DNA of 64,000 nt from Macrostomum lignano (lineage: Eukaryota): positions 1 through 64,000 of the forward strand of contig NIVC01001519.1 in NCBI GenBank assembly GCA_002269645.1. The letters are read 5' to 3'. A program made the translations under genes and the position numbers. Shown piece by piece: positions 28,985 through 40,924 of the stretch. The notes under the pieces were generated by a model. It did no database searches, was not told where the DNA came from, and was given only the letters and a program-made list of their open reading frames with translations. Within the stretch, counting starts at the first letter, position 1. Every line of letters begins with the position of its first letter.

Positions 28985-29209
28985 TGTCGGACTTTGACCC
29001 TCTCTCCTTACTGCTCTCTCATTGGCTGAGCCAGATTGAGCCTCCCCCTAGGCTGAGTTTCGTCGGTCTGACTTTCACCTCTCTCCTTACTGCTCTCTCA
29101 TTGGCTGAGCCAGATTGAGCCTCCCCCTAGGCTGAGTTTCGTCGGTCTGACTTTCACCTCTCTCCTTACTGCTCTCTCATTGGTGAGCTAGATTGGGCTT
29201 CTCCCCTAG
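28985..29209. repeat. 79-bp unit, about 2.8 tandem copies
   Basis: CCTCTCTCCTTACTGCTCTCTCATTGG starts at 28999, 29078 and 29157. Confidence 0.92.
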
Positions 29210-31916
29210 AAGCGTCTGTCTTGCGTTCACTTGTGTACATCGAGTTATATGCTTGCTGTTCAGTATTAACTCCAAATGCTCCTTAGGCTACAAATCCGAG
29301 GAAGGAAATTAAATTTTATCTGCTACATTAAATTTAAGTGACACTGCGCAGACAAACTACTGAAAGAGGAGTAGGCGCTCTAATTTTCACAATTTTAATG
29401 CGAGTGACAAATCTAGCTCGTAGATATTCTTGTATCTGTGATCGATTACCGAAATAATAGATGATTTTTAGTGAAGACACTGCCTGGACCATTTTTTGCT
29501 TCAGCGTAATGATACCCCAATTTTCACTGGGGGAGGCAGTTGACCCCCTCTGTTCCACGGTTCCTGGCTGTAATATATCCCAGAAAACACAAAAACACTT
29601 AAAAGTTTTAGCAGTTCAAAAAACCAAACTTATTATTCTGGTTGAAGCTGATCGAGTTGATGAAGGGCCAGTTCAATTTAAACATGATTTAAACCCTCGA
29701 TTTAACCGCTTTCCGTTTACTGTACGATTATTAATGTGGTTACTATTAGAAGATCTGTCTGTCATTCTATTTATCCTGCTGTTGTTTCCCTGTGCCCTTA
29801 GAGGTCAGTGGTCACGAAATCTGTATGCATAAATATAATGATTATTAATTTTCTATGCGCCCTATTGTCTCGTTTTTCGCTGTCTAATTTTTTTCAAATA
29901 AAAACAAATAAAATAGACTAAAAATATTAGAAGTTAAAAAAGCTACATAGAATACATATCGGTCGAGAGCGGACATCATTGACCGGTTATCATTAGCTCT
30001 CTATATACTAAGCTGCTACTTGAAACTCTGTTTTTCTTGTTGTTCTCTGCTGCTTCTTTTTTCTTTTTTTGTCTTTCGTTGTTCTGTCTGCTATTTGCTA
30101 ATTGTTGCTGAGGGCACTGGCGCAGTGCAGAGGGTTTGTTTTGCGCGCATTCAACTGCCAGTCTGGCCCAGTGTCCGCTCTGTGCATTTGTTTGTCTTTC
30201 CTTACTTATTTGTTAATTAGTTGATCGCAGTATGGGCTGCTTACAATTTTAATTGTTTATTTTGTGTTTCTAATTTTACCTGACAAATCCGATTGCAAAG
30301 CTGAATGCATTGTCAATAGGACATCCCGTTCTGTCTGCTTAAAGTATCAAAATATGTGTTTTTTGCTTATTGCTCAGTTTTTGGTGGTCACAGACAAATC
30401 GGTTTGTTTTAAATATTATAGATTTTTTATTTGCAAAATTTCAGCAAAAAAGACTACTTAAAGTAATGGCGCTGATTTAAGCTGCGTAAAATTGTAGTCT
30501 TGCTGTCTAAGAAATGACGCAATTATATTATTATTTAAAAGTTGTATAATGTCATATTACGAATGATACAATTGATTAGTAAATGGGGTATTTAAGTATG
30601 CCTCGATACTTACCTTTTGCATATCTATTTCAATAAAAATGCTATTATTATTATATACTTCTTAAGCAGCTCTTTGCCAGTCCTTCAATGTAATCTCGGC
30701 ACTGTGGCTTCCATGGATCGTATATAATAATATTATATTATCGCTATTGATTAGAGCGTTCAAATATTTTTATTTTCATATCTTTGTTACATCGTTTTTT
30801 CAGTACTACAAAGTGCTACTAAAATACCTGTTTTTTGTGCATTGAAAACTCTAGTTAATATTTTTCTGGATGCTTATTACCCTAAACAACTTGTTTTTAT
30901 GTCGATTTTATTCAAGTGCTGAAGCCAGTATTTTGGTTTACGCATGTAATCAACGATAAATGTCATGTGAGGATTTTGTTGAACGTGTAGTTTTTTCCTA
31001 ACTTGCATATAAAAAATTCTAAATGCATTCATTGATTTGATTGTATTTTCAGCCACTATGTCATTTGGACTGTCGGTGCAAAAATAGTTGAACCGCAATT
31101 TCTTAGCAGAAAATTGGAAAACAAAAACATATAATAAATATACTTTAAAACATGTTTAGGGCATATATTATATTTCTAAGAACAAATCAAATGTCTTTTC
31201 TAGTTTGATTTGATCAATTTTAAAACAATCATAGACTTTTGGTTACTAATAGTTGTATTCCTACGCAAGTAATTAGTAAGGCAGGAAACCGGGATCTTAA
31301 CGTAGACGAGTCGAATGCTGTGTGTACATGTACGTTTGTATTGCAGGCTTGCTGAATATCCAGACAAGCTGGGCGACTGGGCCGCCAAGTGGCAATTAAG
31401 AACTAGTAGGATAGCAGAGCGCAGACAATAGGAGCGTCAGAGAACTGATGGTAAACAGAGTAAACAGGGAGAGGGGTCGTTTATTTACGCATGTATACTC
31501 GTGTGTGTGGGAGAAAGTACCAGGAAACACGCGGAAATACGAATAAAGAAATTTCTAGAGATGTATACGTAAGCAAAGTTTAGTCACGCCCCTCTCCCGG
31601 AAAGTTTCTAGAAGTCTGTCTCAATACGACAATAATGGATTTTTATTGTTTGTTTTTATTACCCTTATACTTGGCCATCCAGGACTGTATGCTTGAAGCA
31701 TTAAATCGTTTTCTCAGGACACAGAGTAGATTAGGTTATCAAATACATGTTTGTAAGATTTTTTTCTTTTGAGACTTCGCTACTTAAATGCTATCACATG
31801 GCCAAAAAAGAACATGAAACTGATAAATGCATTTGTATCGTCTCCCATTCAAATAACAGCACACACGTCTACTGTGTGTGGCAATTTAATAATTGTAAAT
31901 CTCTGATGCTTGTATA

Positions 31917-32541
31917 CTCGGCAACAGTCAAAAGTTCCACCCTCCAAGGGAGATGAAATTTTTCTCAATTATTGCGACAGCTTCTCACTCTCAATTCAAC
32001 CCTTAAGTTACGCAACAAAGCCGCCGCGAGGAAGGGAAAGTTGAATCCGTAATAAACGTCAGTAACACAAAATCATAACAATTTTATTTTTTGCAAAATT
32101 CAGGTAGAATCGCGATGCTTAATAACGCGTGTGGGATCCCCTCTCACGCAGAAGTGCGGCGACTCTGCGGTGCATCCCCAGGATGAGGCGGCCGCAGAAA
32201 GTCCTTGGAAAAGCCTCTGCCAAGTGCAACATTCTGCTTTAGTGGATTTTCGTTTCGAATGCAGAATTTTAGGAAGTCCCAAACATGCTCAATGGGATTC
32301 ATGTCTGGGGATCGGGAAGGCCAGCGCAGAGTGCGCGGCTGTAGCTGTTCTTTCTGTTGACTAACAGCATCGGCTCGGTGTGGCGGCTTGTTGTCATCTT
32401 GGACCATTAAGCTAGCGGACCCAAACCACCCCAAGTGGCGATTAAGCTTTGCGCGATGGGTAGTAATTTTGAATTGCGTCACTCGCAAAAGTGAAAAAAA
32501 TTCATCTCACTTGGAGGGTGGAACTTTTGACTGTTGCTGAG
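31917..32541 (-). mobile_element. Internally deleted Tc1-family DNA transposon (TIRs, TA TSD, DD34E catalytic remnant)
   Basis: TA|CTCGGCAACAGTCAAAAGTTCCACCCTCCAAG has an inverted copy ending ...CTGTTGCTGAG|TA. The minus-strand peptide QDDNKPPHRA...WPSRSPDMNPIEHVW (32279-32401) keeps 34 residues between D and E. Confidence 0.92.
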
Positions 32542-33203
32542 TATATATATTGCTGGCCTTAATGTTTTGCTAAGAAGTTCTCAAAAACCTCGGTTCGCAC
32601 TAGGAGTAAAAAACAAGGACCACTAGAAGAACAGCTTTGTCTTCTATTGGTCCTTGGTAAAAAATCGGCAGACGTAATATGCACACTAAGCATTAGTTAT
32701 ATTTCATATAATAGTTATTGTATTTAAATACTGATTTTACAGGGTATTATTGTTAGTTGTATTAATATAATGTGAAGCGAAAACCTAATTTATTTTAATT
32801 AATGAAAAAACTCCCCGGATTGTGTTTGTTTATTTAAAACGTGATTGTGTTGAAGCGTGAAGCACGAGCATAGTCTGTTCAGAGCACGTAAAGGCCTACA
32901 GCGCGAAATATAGGTTGGTTGGTGGCACACCTTTACTCGCTACTTGTAACTTCAAATTATCATGGCCTTGCGCATACACTTAAACTCTATTTAGACAAAC
33001 TGACTCCTGAGATACAGAATTAACTCTACTAGCTAGGCCTAACTAAAAGTATAAGGTCAAGACTCAAAGCTTTACTTAATCCTATGACGTATGTCTATTG
33101 TCTAGGCCTAACAACTGTTGGCGTTAGGCCTGGCGTTAAAAAATTCTTTCGAAATATTACGATTATCTAGACCTCGAGCAGAGATCTTGTGCAATCGATT
33201 GGC

Positions 33204-33808
33204 TTGACTTACTTGACTTAGCTGCAGGGGGCGTCCGGCGGATGCAGCGAGGAGGCGGAGGAGACCGCCCATTCCGCTAGCCCCTGGCGACCAACGAGCA
33301 ACGACTTCCGTTGCGGTTAGAAGCCATTGGCTGGAAGTAAAAAGGTGGGACTTCCTGCAGAACACAGGCAAAGAGCCGCAAGGCTGCAACCCCAAACCAA
33401 GCGGCAGGCCCCCAAAAAGCAAAATACCACCCTGCGGGGGGACCCAAAAGCGCAAGGGGAACCGTTAGCGACCAGACTATTCCCTGGCCAAGCGTCCATC
33501 AGCACGGAGTTACACTGGGACATTAGAGGGTGCGTTTATGGTCACACCAGGACCTGGCGCCAACGAATCAGCTCGGCAGGGCCCAAGGGGGCCTGCCTTA
33601 ACACCCACGGGACGAGTACCCTTCAAAGTGCGCCTTGCAAGGTGAAAATCAGGAGACAGAGTCTCTTGAGCTATCAGCCCGCCAGGGGAGGCAGGTGTGA
33701 GCATCGCTGGCTGGGATAAAGGCCATACCAGTCTCATACTGCACAGATAGTTCACCATGCCATTACGTCACGTGCAGGACCCGGGGTCCTGGGGGCAACA
33801 GCCCCGGC
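33204..33808 (-). mobile_element. Putative non-autonomous retroposon (605 bp, GC-rich, non-coding) with a 12-bp TSD and a TAAG/TCAAG tail
   Basis: Exact direct repeat CAATCGATTGGC at 33192-33203 and 33809-33820. The minus-strand 3' end CGCCCCCTGCAGCTAAGTCAAGTAAGTCAA resembles the 3' end of the LINE at 46895. Confidence 0.6.
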
Positions 33809-34946
33809 CAATCGATTGGCATTTTACATCTGATTGCATAGGCCTAGGCCCTAGTCATAAGTCATAGAATTTTTGTTACAACTTCAATAATAGGCCTATT
33901 ATTTTTTCTTTTCATTTTCTACACTTCTTTTTAGGTTATTAATTTTGAAAAAAGCAAGCAATAGGCATAGGCATAGGCCTTAGCCCTAAGGCTAAGTAAG
34001 TTGAAGTTATAAGTCAGTCAGTACCATAGGCCTATCTTGCTTTTTTCTTTAAAAAAACTTTTTTTAAAAATGCTCAAATGCCCCTTTTCAATCTATGCAT
34101 GTCTTAATTTATTAAAGACAATAGAGTGTTTATTTCAATTGAATTTTTAATATCTACTTTCTACCATTTGCTTTGACAAAATGACAAATTGACTAAGGCC
34201 TAGGCCGATTTAATTAAAAGGCTCTTGTCTTTTGACAAAAAGGTTTTAACAAAATGTTCCAGAACCAAAGTCAACTATTTTAAGCCATGTCATTTTGTAG
34301 GCTAGGCCTATAGCCTGGGTATGGACATGGTTGAAATTGTCATATTCTAAATTGTCATATGATGATAATATTGATGACTTGGCCAATCAATCTATGACTT
34401 TACTATTTAAATATGACAAATTCATCAAATTTCTTAGAATTGAAAGTTAAAACCAAGTTAAACAAAATAACATAGGACCCTAAAATAAATTAAAGCAAAT
34501 TTTTATAATAGTTAAGGAATTTTATCTTTAATAAAGTTTAAAAAACATCTGCTTCTAATTATAGAGTTATCAAATTCAAACCATTACAATATAATCTTTC
34601 TATCATTCATTCCTAGTTAAACCCAAAGAATACTATGCTAATATTAGCTCAGTATTCTTTGGTTAAACCTTGAAATTCAGCTAGATTATTAACTATAATA
34701 TAGGAATTAGTCCAAGGCTTTGCATCTTTTAAGTAGATAGTATGAATGTAATATGTAATTAAAAATTGAAAATCATATTGTCAAATAAGAACATGTTGTT
34801 GCTATGAAAGCTGAGATCCTTGCACAGAAAATGAAATATAATATGATGATTTAATGAATCTAGCACTGTCTAAATGCAGAGACAATGATTTAGATAATTT
34901 AGTTGTTTTTTTTTGTAACCTGCATATGACAATCTCAAACATACAT

Positions 34947-35102
34947 GCGCAACTTTGGGAATCACCTGGCCATTTCTATTGGCAACATACACATGTAAGT
35001 CACTATTGGCTGAGAGCAGTCACGTGACTACTATTCCATCCAATAACAACTTACATGTGTATGTTGCCAATAGAAATGGCCAAGTGAATCCCAAGGTTGT
35101 GC
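34947..35102. repeat. Fold-back inverted repeat (54-bp arms, 48-nt loop); possible MITE
   Basis: Arm GCGCAACTTTGGGAATCACCTGGCCATTTCTATTGGCAACATACACATGTAAGT versus its reverse complement at 35049-35102 (4 mismatches). Confidence 0.85.
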
Positions 35103-35117
35103 CCAAGCATTAAAACA

Positions 35118-36663
35118 ACAATTTATATGGGTTTTCCCATATTTATTGTTTCCTTCTGCCAGCAGTTCAGGAAGACAACAAACTATGGACTCGATGATAA
35201 CTTTCTCTATGTGGATCTCTAGAGTCACATTCTCAAACTTCAGGTGAGGATCTTTCCTCTTCAATCAGTATATTTTATAAGCTAGCACATTATATGCGAG
35301 CAACGAGGAATAGGAGCAGTAGGGAGAGAGAGTGGGATTTCGAGGCCCAATAGGCAGTGTTGGTCAGAGGTTGTGCATGCATCACGCGAGGGTTGCATGT
35401 CTGGGCTTCTTGCTTGCCGATCATCAGGACTATTTTTAGGCATGCAGATCTTGTGCATCTGGGAAGTTGCTAACAAGGTTAGATGCTTGTTCACGCATCA
35501 CACGCGGCTGATTTCTCCCATCCTCTTGCTAACGGCGCCTTCGTTTCACTTCAGTCACTCTTTTTTCAGGGAAGCAAGGCCCTCCAAGCTCTGTTGAAAA
35601 TAAGCTTGGAGCAATGATGACATGGCGTACAGTTGTGCATTTGCTTGCGATACGCAGTCCCACTTGGTAACTTGCAGTTGAGTTGATGTTGTTGAAACAC
35701 GAAACTTGGTCAAGGGGCAAAGTGAACTTGTGACAACAGTGGATGAATTGTACCAGCATATCCTCTTGACTATTTAATCAGATCTGAGAGGGGGATTGAT
35801 GTGAACTCGGAAACTCGACAAATTGAATGGGCTTTTCGATGCCCTAAACAGTGACGCAAATAGGACTGGACACAGAGACTCAACAAATTGAAACAGCGTC
35901 TGGTAGACAGTCAGATTGGGATGCTGGCTGAAGGTACATTGCAGTTAAATAGGACATCAAAAAATATCGTCTTGACCAAATTGATTGTGTAGATCTCTCA
36001 ACGAAAGTTTCTTCTTGGAAGGGTAAACTGCGTCGCTTCTTGATCTTCCCCCATTGGTCTTGTCTAGTTTGAAGTTTTCCTTTACTGAAGGCAGGAAAGT
36101 CTCAGTTCTCGATTCACTTGGATGGCTGTTGAAGACATGCAGCAGAGCGATAACTGTGCACGGTATGTCTGAGACTTCTGTCTAGCGGTGACTCACGCAG
36201 TCAGTGGAACCAATTGAAATGACAATTTATATGGGTTTTTCCCATATTTATCGTTTCCTTCTGCCAACAGTTTAGGAAGACAATGAACTATGGACTCGAT
36301 GATAACTTTCTCTGTGTAATCTCTAGAGTCACATTCTCAAACTTCAGGCGAGGATCTTTCCTCTTCAATCAGTATATTTTATAAGCTAGCACATTATACG
36401 CGAGCAACAAGGAATAGGAGCAGTAAGGAGAGAGAGTAGGATTTCAAGGCCCAATAGGCAGTGTCGGTCAGAGGTTGTGCATGCATCACGCGAGGGTCGC
36501 ATGGCTGGGCTTCTTGCTCGCCGATCATCAGGACTATTTTTAGGCATGCAGATCTTGTGCATCTAGGGAGTTGCTAACAAGGCTGGATGCTTGTTCACGC
36601 ATCACACGCGTGTCGGCTGATTTCTCCCATCCTCTTGCTAACAGCGCCTTTGTTTCACTTCAG
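35118..36663. repeat. Dispersed direct duplication of ~440 bp (35118-35554 and 36222-36663)
   Basis: Collinear and highly similar copies from ACAATTTATATGGG to TTTCACTTCAG, separated by a 667-bp spacer. Confidence 0.9.
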
Positions 36664-38551
36664 CATGATCTCAAATATGACAATTTTGGATGGAGCCTAT
36701 ACCCCTTGCCCCATAGGCTTAGTATGGAAGGCAACATTTATGCTAGGATTTCCTAGCTTACGACAAGGCTTTTACTATTTTTTGGCATATATCAGGGTAT
36801 ATATCCTGGTGTATATGATGCAATAAATACATTATATCAAATGACAAATTTTTATATTGGCCCATAAATCCAGTGTATACAAATGAGGTCTTGTTAATTT
36901 TTCTGGCATTAAACCTAGTAATATTCCATAATCCAAACTATGGCCTAGGGCCTTATGCCTACCCATTAGACATTTATTTATTGACCTTCAAGTGCAACTT
37001 TTTAAGACAATGATCAGATATGTTGAAGTAGAAGATCCCAAGATTTAAATAGGCTATTAGAATTTTATAATAATAATACTTTTTAGAATATGCCTAGAAA
37101 AAGTTAGGCAATCTGTTAATTTAATGATTTCTCTAAAATTTGCAGTTCAAATAAATAGTAGTTTGATGCCCTAATTTGTTTTAAAGTGACTACTAAATTA
37201 TAAATAAAATTAAAATTAAATATAGAATATAAAATAGGCCTTTGGAAGCTCTAATGTAATAGATAATGCTTTGTAATACCCCTTTAGGCCTACTATAAAT
37301 AACTAAGGGTATTAGGTATTAGTATTATTTATTTTGTTAAGTTGATTTGCTATTTCATTTTTTGACTTGATTGAAAAGATTTATTTATTAGGATTTTTGT
37401 CTCAATTTCTTATAAAATCGAACATAAGCATATGACTTAAGAAATCAACACTAAAGACTAAAATAAATTTGTCACATTTTATAATTTTGATCAAAATTTA
37501 TAAGATTTGTAATTTTGATCAAAACTATATCTTAGACTTAGTAGTTGATTAGAGTTGAAATTGAAAACCTTAGAAAAACTTTGGACCAAGAGTTGAAAAC
37601 CTAATTGATAGATTTTATCTTTATCTAACTATGTTTTTTAGTACACATTCTTAGTGCATATAAGTATATATAAGATATAGCAAATCAAATGAAATAAATA
37701 CTATTTTCATAAGAAAAAAGTTTTGTAGAGTGTTTATTATTTTGTTATTAGATTACTTTTTTATTATTTTTAGGTTATAAACTAAGCTATCAAAAAGCAA
37801 TCTAGGGTATTAAAATACTAGGTTCCAAAAAGCATAGAAACCATAAAGTTACTATTTTTAGTTAATATATGTATTTATATATATATTCATAAGATAAGGA
37901 AGTAACCAGCATTAAAGGGATAGCAGTTGCAGTATGATTTTGAATAATCATTTTTTAGTTGTTTTATTTTGCTAAGTCTTATTTTTCTATGTAAAAAGAT
38001 ATTTGTAGTGCAGTTTTTTAATCAATAAGCTTTTTCTATGAAAAAGATGACATGGTTTATTATGATTCCAATGAAAATCAAATATATGTAAAAATATTTC
38101 TTTATAGACAAGATTTTTTAATACATTGTTGCTTTTGATTCTAGGCCTTATATAATTTTATTGAAAAGTTATTCATTTGCAGAAGCCTACTTTTTATGCA
38201 AAATTGCTTTTTATAGGCTTATTGGCAAGTCACAAGATCCTCAATAAAATCCTTATTTATAAGGCTGATCTGAGCACGTATAGATTTGCTTTTGATATTT
38301 AAAGCATTACTATAGGTTATCTATTAGCTAAGCATGTAGACAAAGGCCTAATACTATAATAGGTACTTTACTACTCATAGTGTATATTAAAGTTCTGCTA
38401 TAATCTCTAGCCAAATTTTTCCCATAAGTAAATATTAATTAATTTCTAATAACTTTATATAATACTAGGTACTAGTAGACCTTTGTATTCAGCTTACATT
38501 TTCAACTTTTGCCAATTTATCAAATCAAATCAATATGAAATTTCTATTGTA

Positions 38552-38626
38552 GATATTTTCAGGGCCAGTAAAATTTCTTTAACAATAGATTTTCGTTTAA
38601 AAAAATTTACTGGCCCTGAAAATATC
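38552..38626. repeat. Small inverted repeat (21-bp arms)
   Basis: GATATTTTCAGGGCCAGTAAA ... TTTACTGGCCCTGAAAATATC. Confidence 0.8.
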
Positions 38627-38777
38627 CATAATCAATGAAATACATTGGCCATAAAATAATAGAAGTTTACATATATTTATTCTGTTTAATCTATGTGCTT
38701 TTCATTAAGCAATCTAATTTACTTTTATTGTAAAAATGAAGTTTGACCTTTTTGACTCTAGGTTTTGCCTCATATTA

Positions 38778-39050
38778 GGAGGGTTGTAGCAGTGGTTAAA
38801 GCATTGGACTCACAACTGAAAAGTTGGGGGTTTAACTCTTGACCTACTTGGAACAATTTGTGTCCTTGAGCAAGATGCTTAACTCTGCATTGCTTCAGTT
38901 CACCCAGCTGTAAAATGGGTGCCAGCATTAGCTGGGGTAATTAAGGGTATGTGGCGACCCTCCAGTCCTTCAGATATGCTGTGCAATAGCTTTGGCAGAG
39001 CTGTTGGTTGCCAATTAGTGTAGGTATTATTATTATTCTTATCATTATTA
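38778..39050 (+). mobile_element. tRNA-derived SINE with a CORE-like central domain and a (TAT)n tail
   Basis: A-box-like TAGCAGTGGTT and degenerate B-box GGTTTAACTC, then TGTGTCCTTGAGCAAGATGCTTAAC...CTTCAGTTCACCCAGCTGTAAAATGGG, which resembles the MIR/CORE consensus. Ends in TATTATTAT. Confidence 0.7.
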
Positions 39051-39258
39051 TACTATCAAAAATATACTAAAATGCATTGGTTCCTATATCAGATACAATA
39101 ATACCTATATAATGGAACCCTATTGAGATGGCGCACTAATTAATACTCCTCAAATATTGTCCAAATTTTCATGTCTAAAAGCTTTGAGCATTCAAGCACA
39201 ATTGAAATAAGCCAAATTTGTGTATACGCTCTAGTTCTATACGCTTAGTTTGGGAACA

Positions 39259-39891
39259 ATGGCTGATGCAGCTCGCATTGTGCAAGCCTTGAAGGCTACA
39301 CTGGAAGCTGGCCAACAGAAAGAAGCCGAAGCCTATTTAGATGAGGCTCGTTCAACGCCCGGCTTTGTGCCCGGCCTACTGTCGCTGGTCATGTCTGCGG
39401 AATTGGATGGTCCAACACGTCAGGCTGGCGCTATTTACCTGAAGAACACCGTCAATCGGTTCTGGCGCCCCAGTGGCGACGAGAGCGACTGCGACAATAA
39501 CTCGACACCCGTGTTCAGCCTGTCGGAGCCGGACCGGGTGCACCTGCGCGCCACTATCATTGAAGCTATGCTGCAGGCTCCCGAAGCTATACTGAGCCAG
39601 CTGCGAGTGTGCCTATCGGCTATGCTGCAGGACTTCCCAGCCAGATGGGGTGCGGACTTGCCCGATCAGCTCTGCCGGGCTGTTGCCACCGAAAATCTCT
39701 CGCTGCTACCAGGCGCCCTGACTGCCGCTTACACTTTTGCTAAGTCGTTCCAGTACGCCAAGTCCGATCAGCGTGGCCCAGTTGACGAGACAATGTCCCG
39801 GCTGTTGCCGCTGCTGTTGCAACGTCTGGCTCAAGCTGATGCTGATGGGCCAACTGCGTTTAGCGCTTTGGTGCAGAAGCTTGTGCTGAAG
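39259..39891 (+). CDS. IPO7: Importin-7 (RanBP7/Moleskin family), coding exon 1
   Basis: ATG at 39259. IBN_N motif PTRQAGAIYLKN. Donor AAG|GTGCGA, phase 0. Confidence 0.92.
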
Positions 39892-39939
39892 GTGCGAATC
39901 TGACTTGATCTCTTGGAGCTTGAACCTCTTGAGTCTCAA

Positions 39940-40547
39940 GATCCCGTTTCCCAAAATAATGCCAATCCCAGATCCCCATTTCCCCAAAATAATGCCAATC
40001 CCAGATCCCCATTTCCCCAAAATAATGCCAATCCCAGATCTCCATTTCCCCAATCTGTTCCAATCCCAGATCCATTTCCCAAAATAATGCCAATCCCAGA
40101 TCCCCATTTCCCCAAACTTTGCCAATCCCAGATCCCCATTTCCCCAATCTGTTCCAATCCCAGATCCATTTCCCAAAATAATGCCAATCCCAGATCCCCA
40201 TTTCCCCAAACTTTGCCAATTCCAGATCCCCATTTCCCTAATCTGTTCCAATCCCAGATCCATTTCCCAAAATAATGCCAATCCCAGATCCCCATTTCCC
40301 CAATCTGTTCCAATCCCAGATCCATTTCCCCAAAATAATGCCAATCCCAGATCCCCATTTCCCCAATCTGTTCCAATCTCAGATCCATTTCCCCAAAATA
40401 ATGCCAATCCCAGATCCCCATTTCCCCAAAATAATGCCAATCCCAGATCCCCATTTCCCCAAACTTTGCCAGATCCCCATTTCCCCAAAATAATGCCAAT
40501 CCCAGATCCCCATTTCCCAAAAATAATGCCAATCCCAGATCCCCATA
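39940..40547. repeat. Composite 30-33-bp minisatellite (CCCCAAAATAATGCCAATCCCAGATCCCCATTT) in IPO7 intron 1
   Basis: Direct reading; three interleaved unit variants. Confidence 0.95.
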
Positions 40548-40639
40548 TTAGGCCAGCTCACGATCTGAAGTCTGCTAATGTATAGTTTATGCTAAATGTT
40601 AATATTAATCTGCCCCAAAACTCCAAAAAACCCTTGCAG

Positions 40640-40837
40640 ATATTCTACGCGTACACAAGCAACTACCTGCCGCCAATCCTGGAGACCAACCACCAACTGG
40701 TGCTGCTCTGGTCCGAGGCCATCACCCGAATTGTGCGCGCCCCTGTGCCAGACGAGTGCCAACAAGGCGTCGATCCGGAAGACCGACCGGAGCTGTGCTG
40801 GTGGAAAGCTAAGAAATGGTCGATGCACTGCTTGCAG
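40640..40837 (+). CDS. IPO7: Importin-7 coding exon 2
   Basis: TTGCAG|ATA; IFYAYTSNYLP...ELCWWKAKKWSMH matches the conserved WWKxKKW motif; CAG|GTGAGT. Confidence 0.92.
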
Positions 40838-40924
40838 GTGAGTTGGCTGTTGATAAGATTTTTCATATGCGCTACATTTCTTTTTAAAACTGTTCACATT
40901 TCTAATCATAAGTTAGGATGATGC

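Noticed and set aside
33250-33360. RNase MRP/P-like motifs (GCAGGAAGTCCC ... CAGGGGCT on the - strand)
   Set aside because: The spacing is far too short for the P4 pseudoknot architecture and no other conserved regions are visible.
33555-33566. tRNA-Lys PBS-like TGGCGCCAACG
   Set aside because: It is short, not preceded by an LTR end (CA), and there is no paired LTR.
35118-36663. TRIM/LTR retrotransposon
   Set aside because: No consistent TG...CA ends, PBS, polypurine tract or TSD.
39706-40585. Long overlapping ORFs on both strands (WGNGDLG, MPIPDPHFP repeats)
   Set aside because: They are translations of the intron-1 minisatellite.
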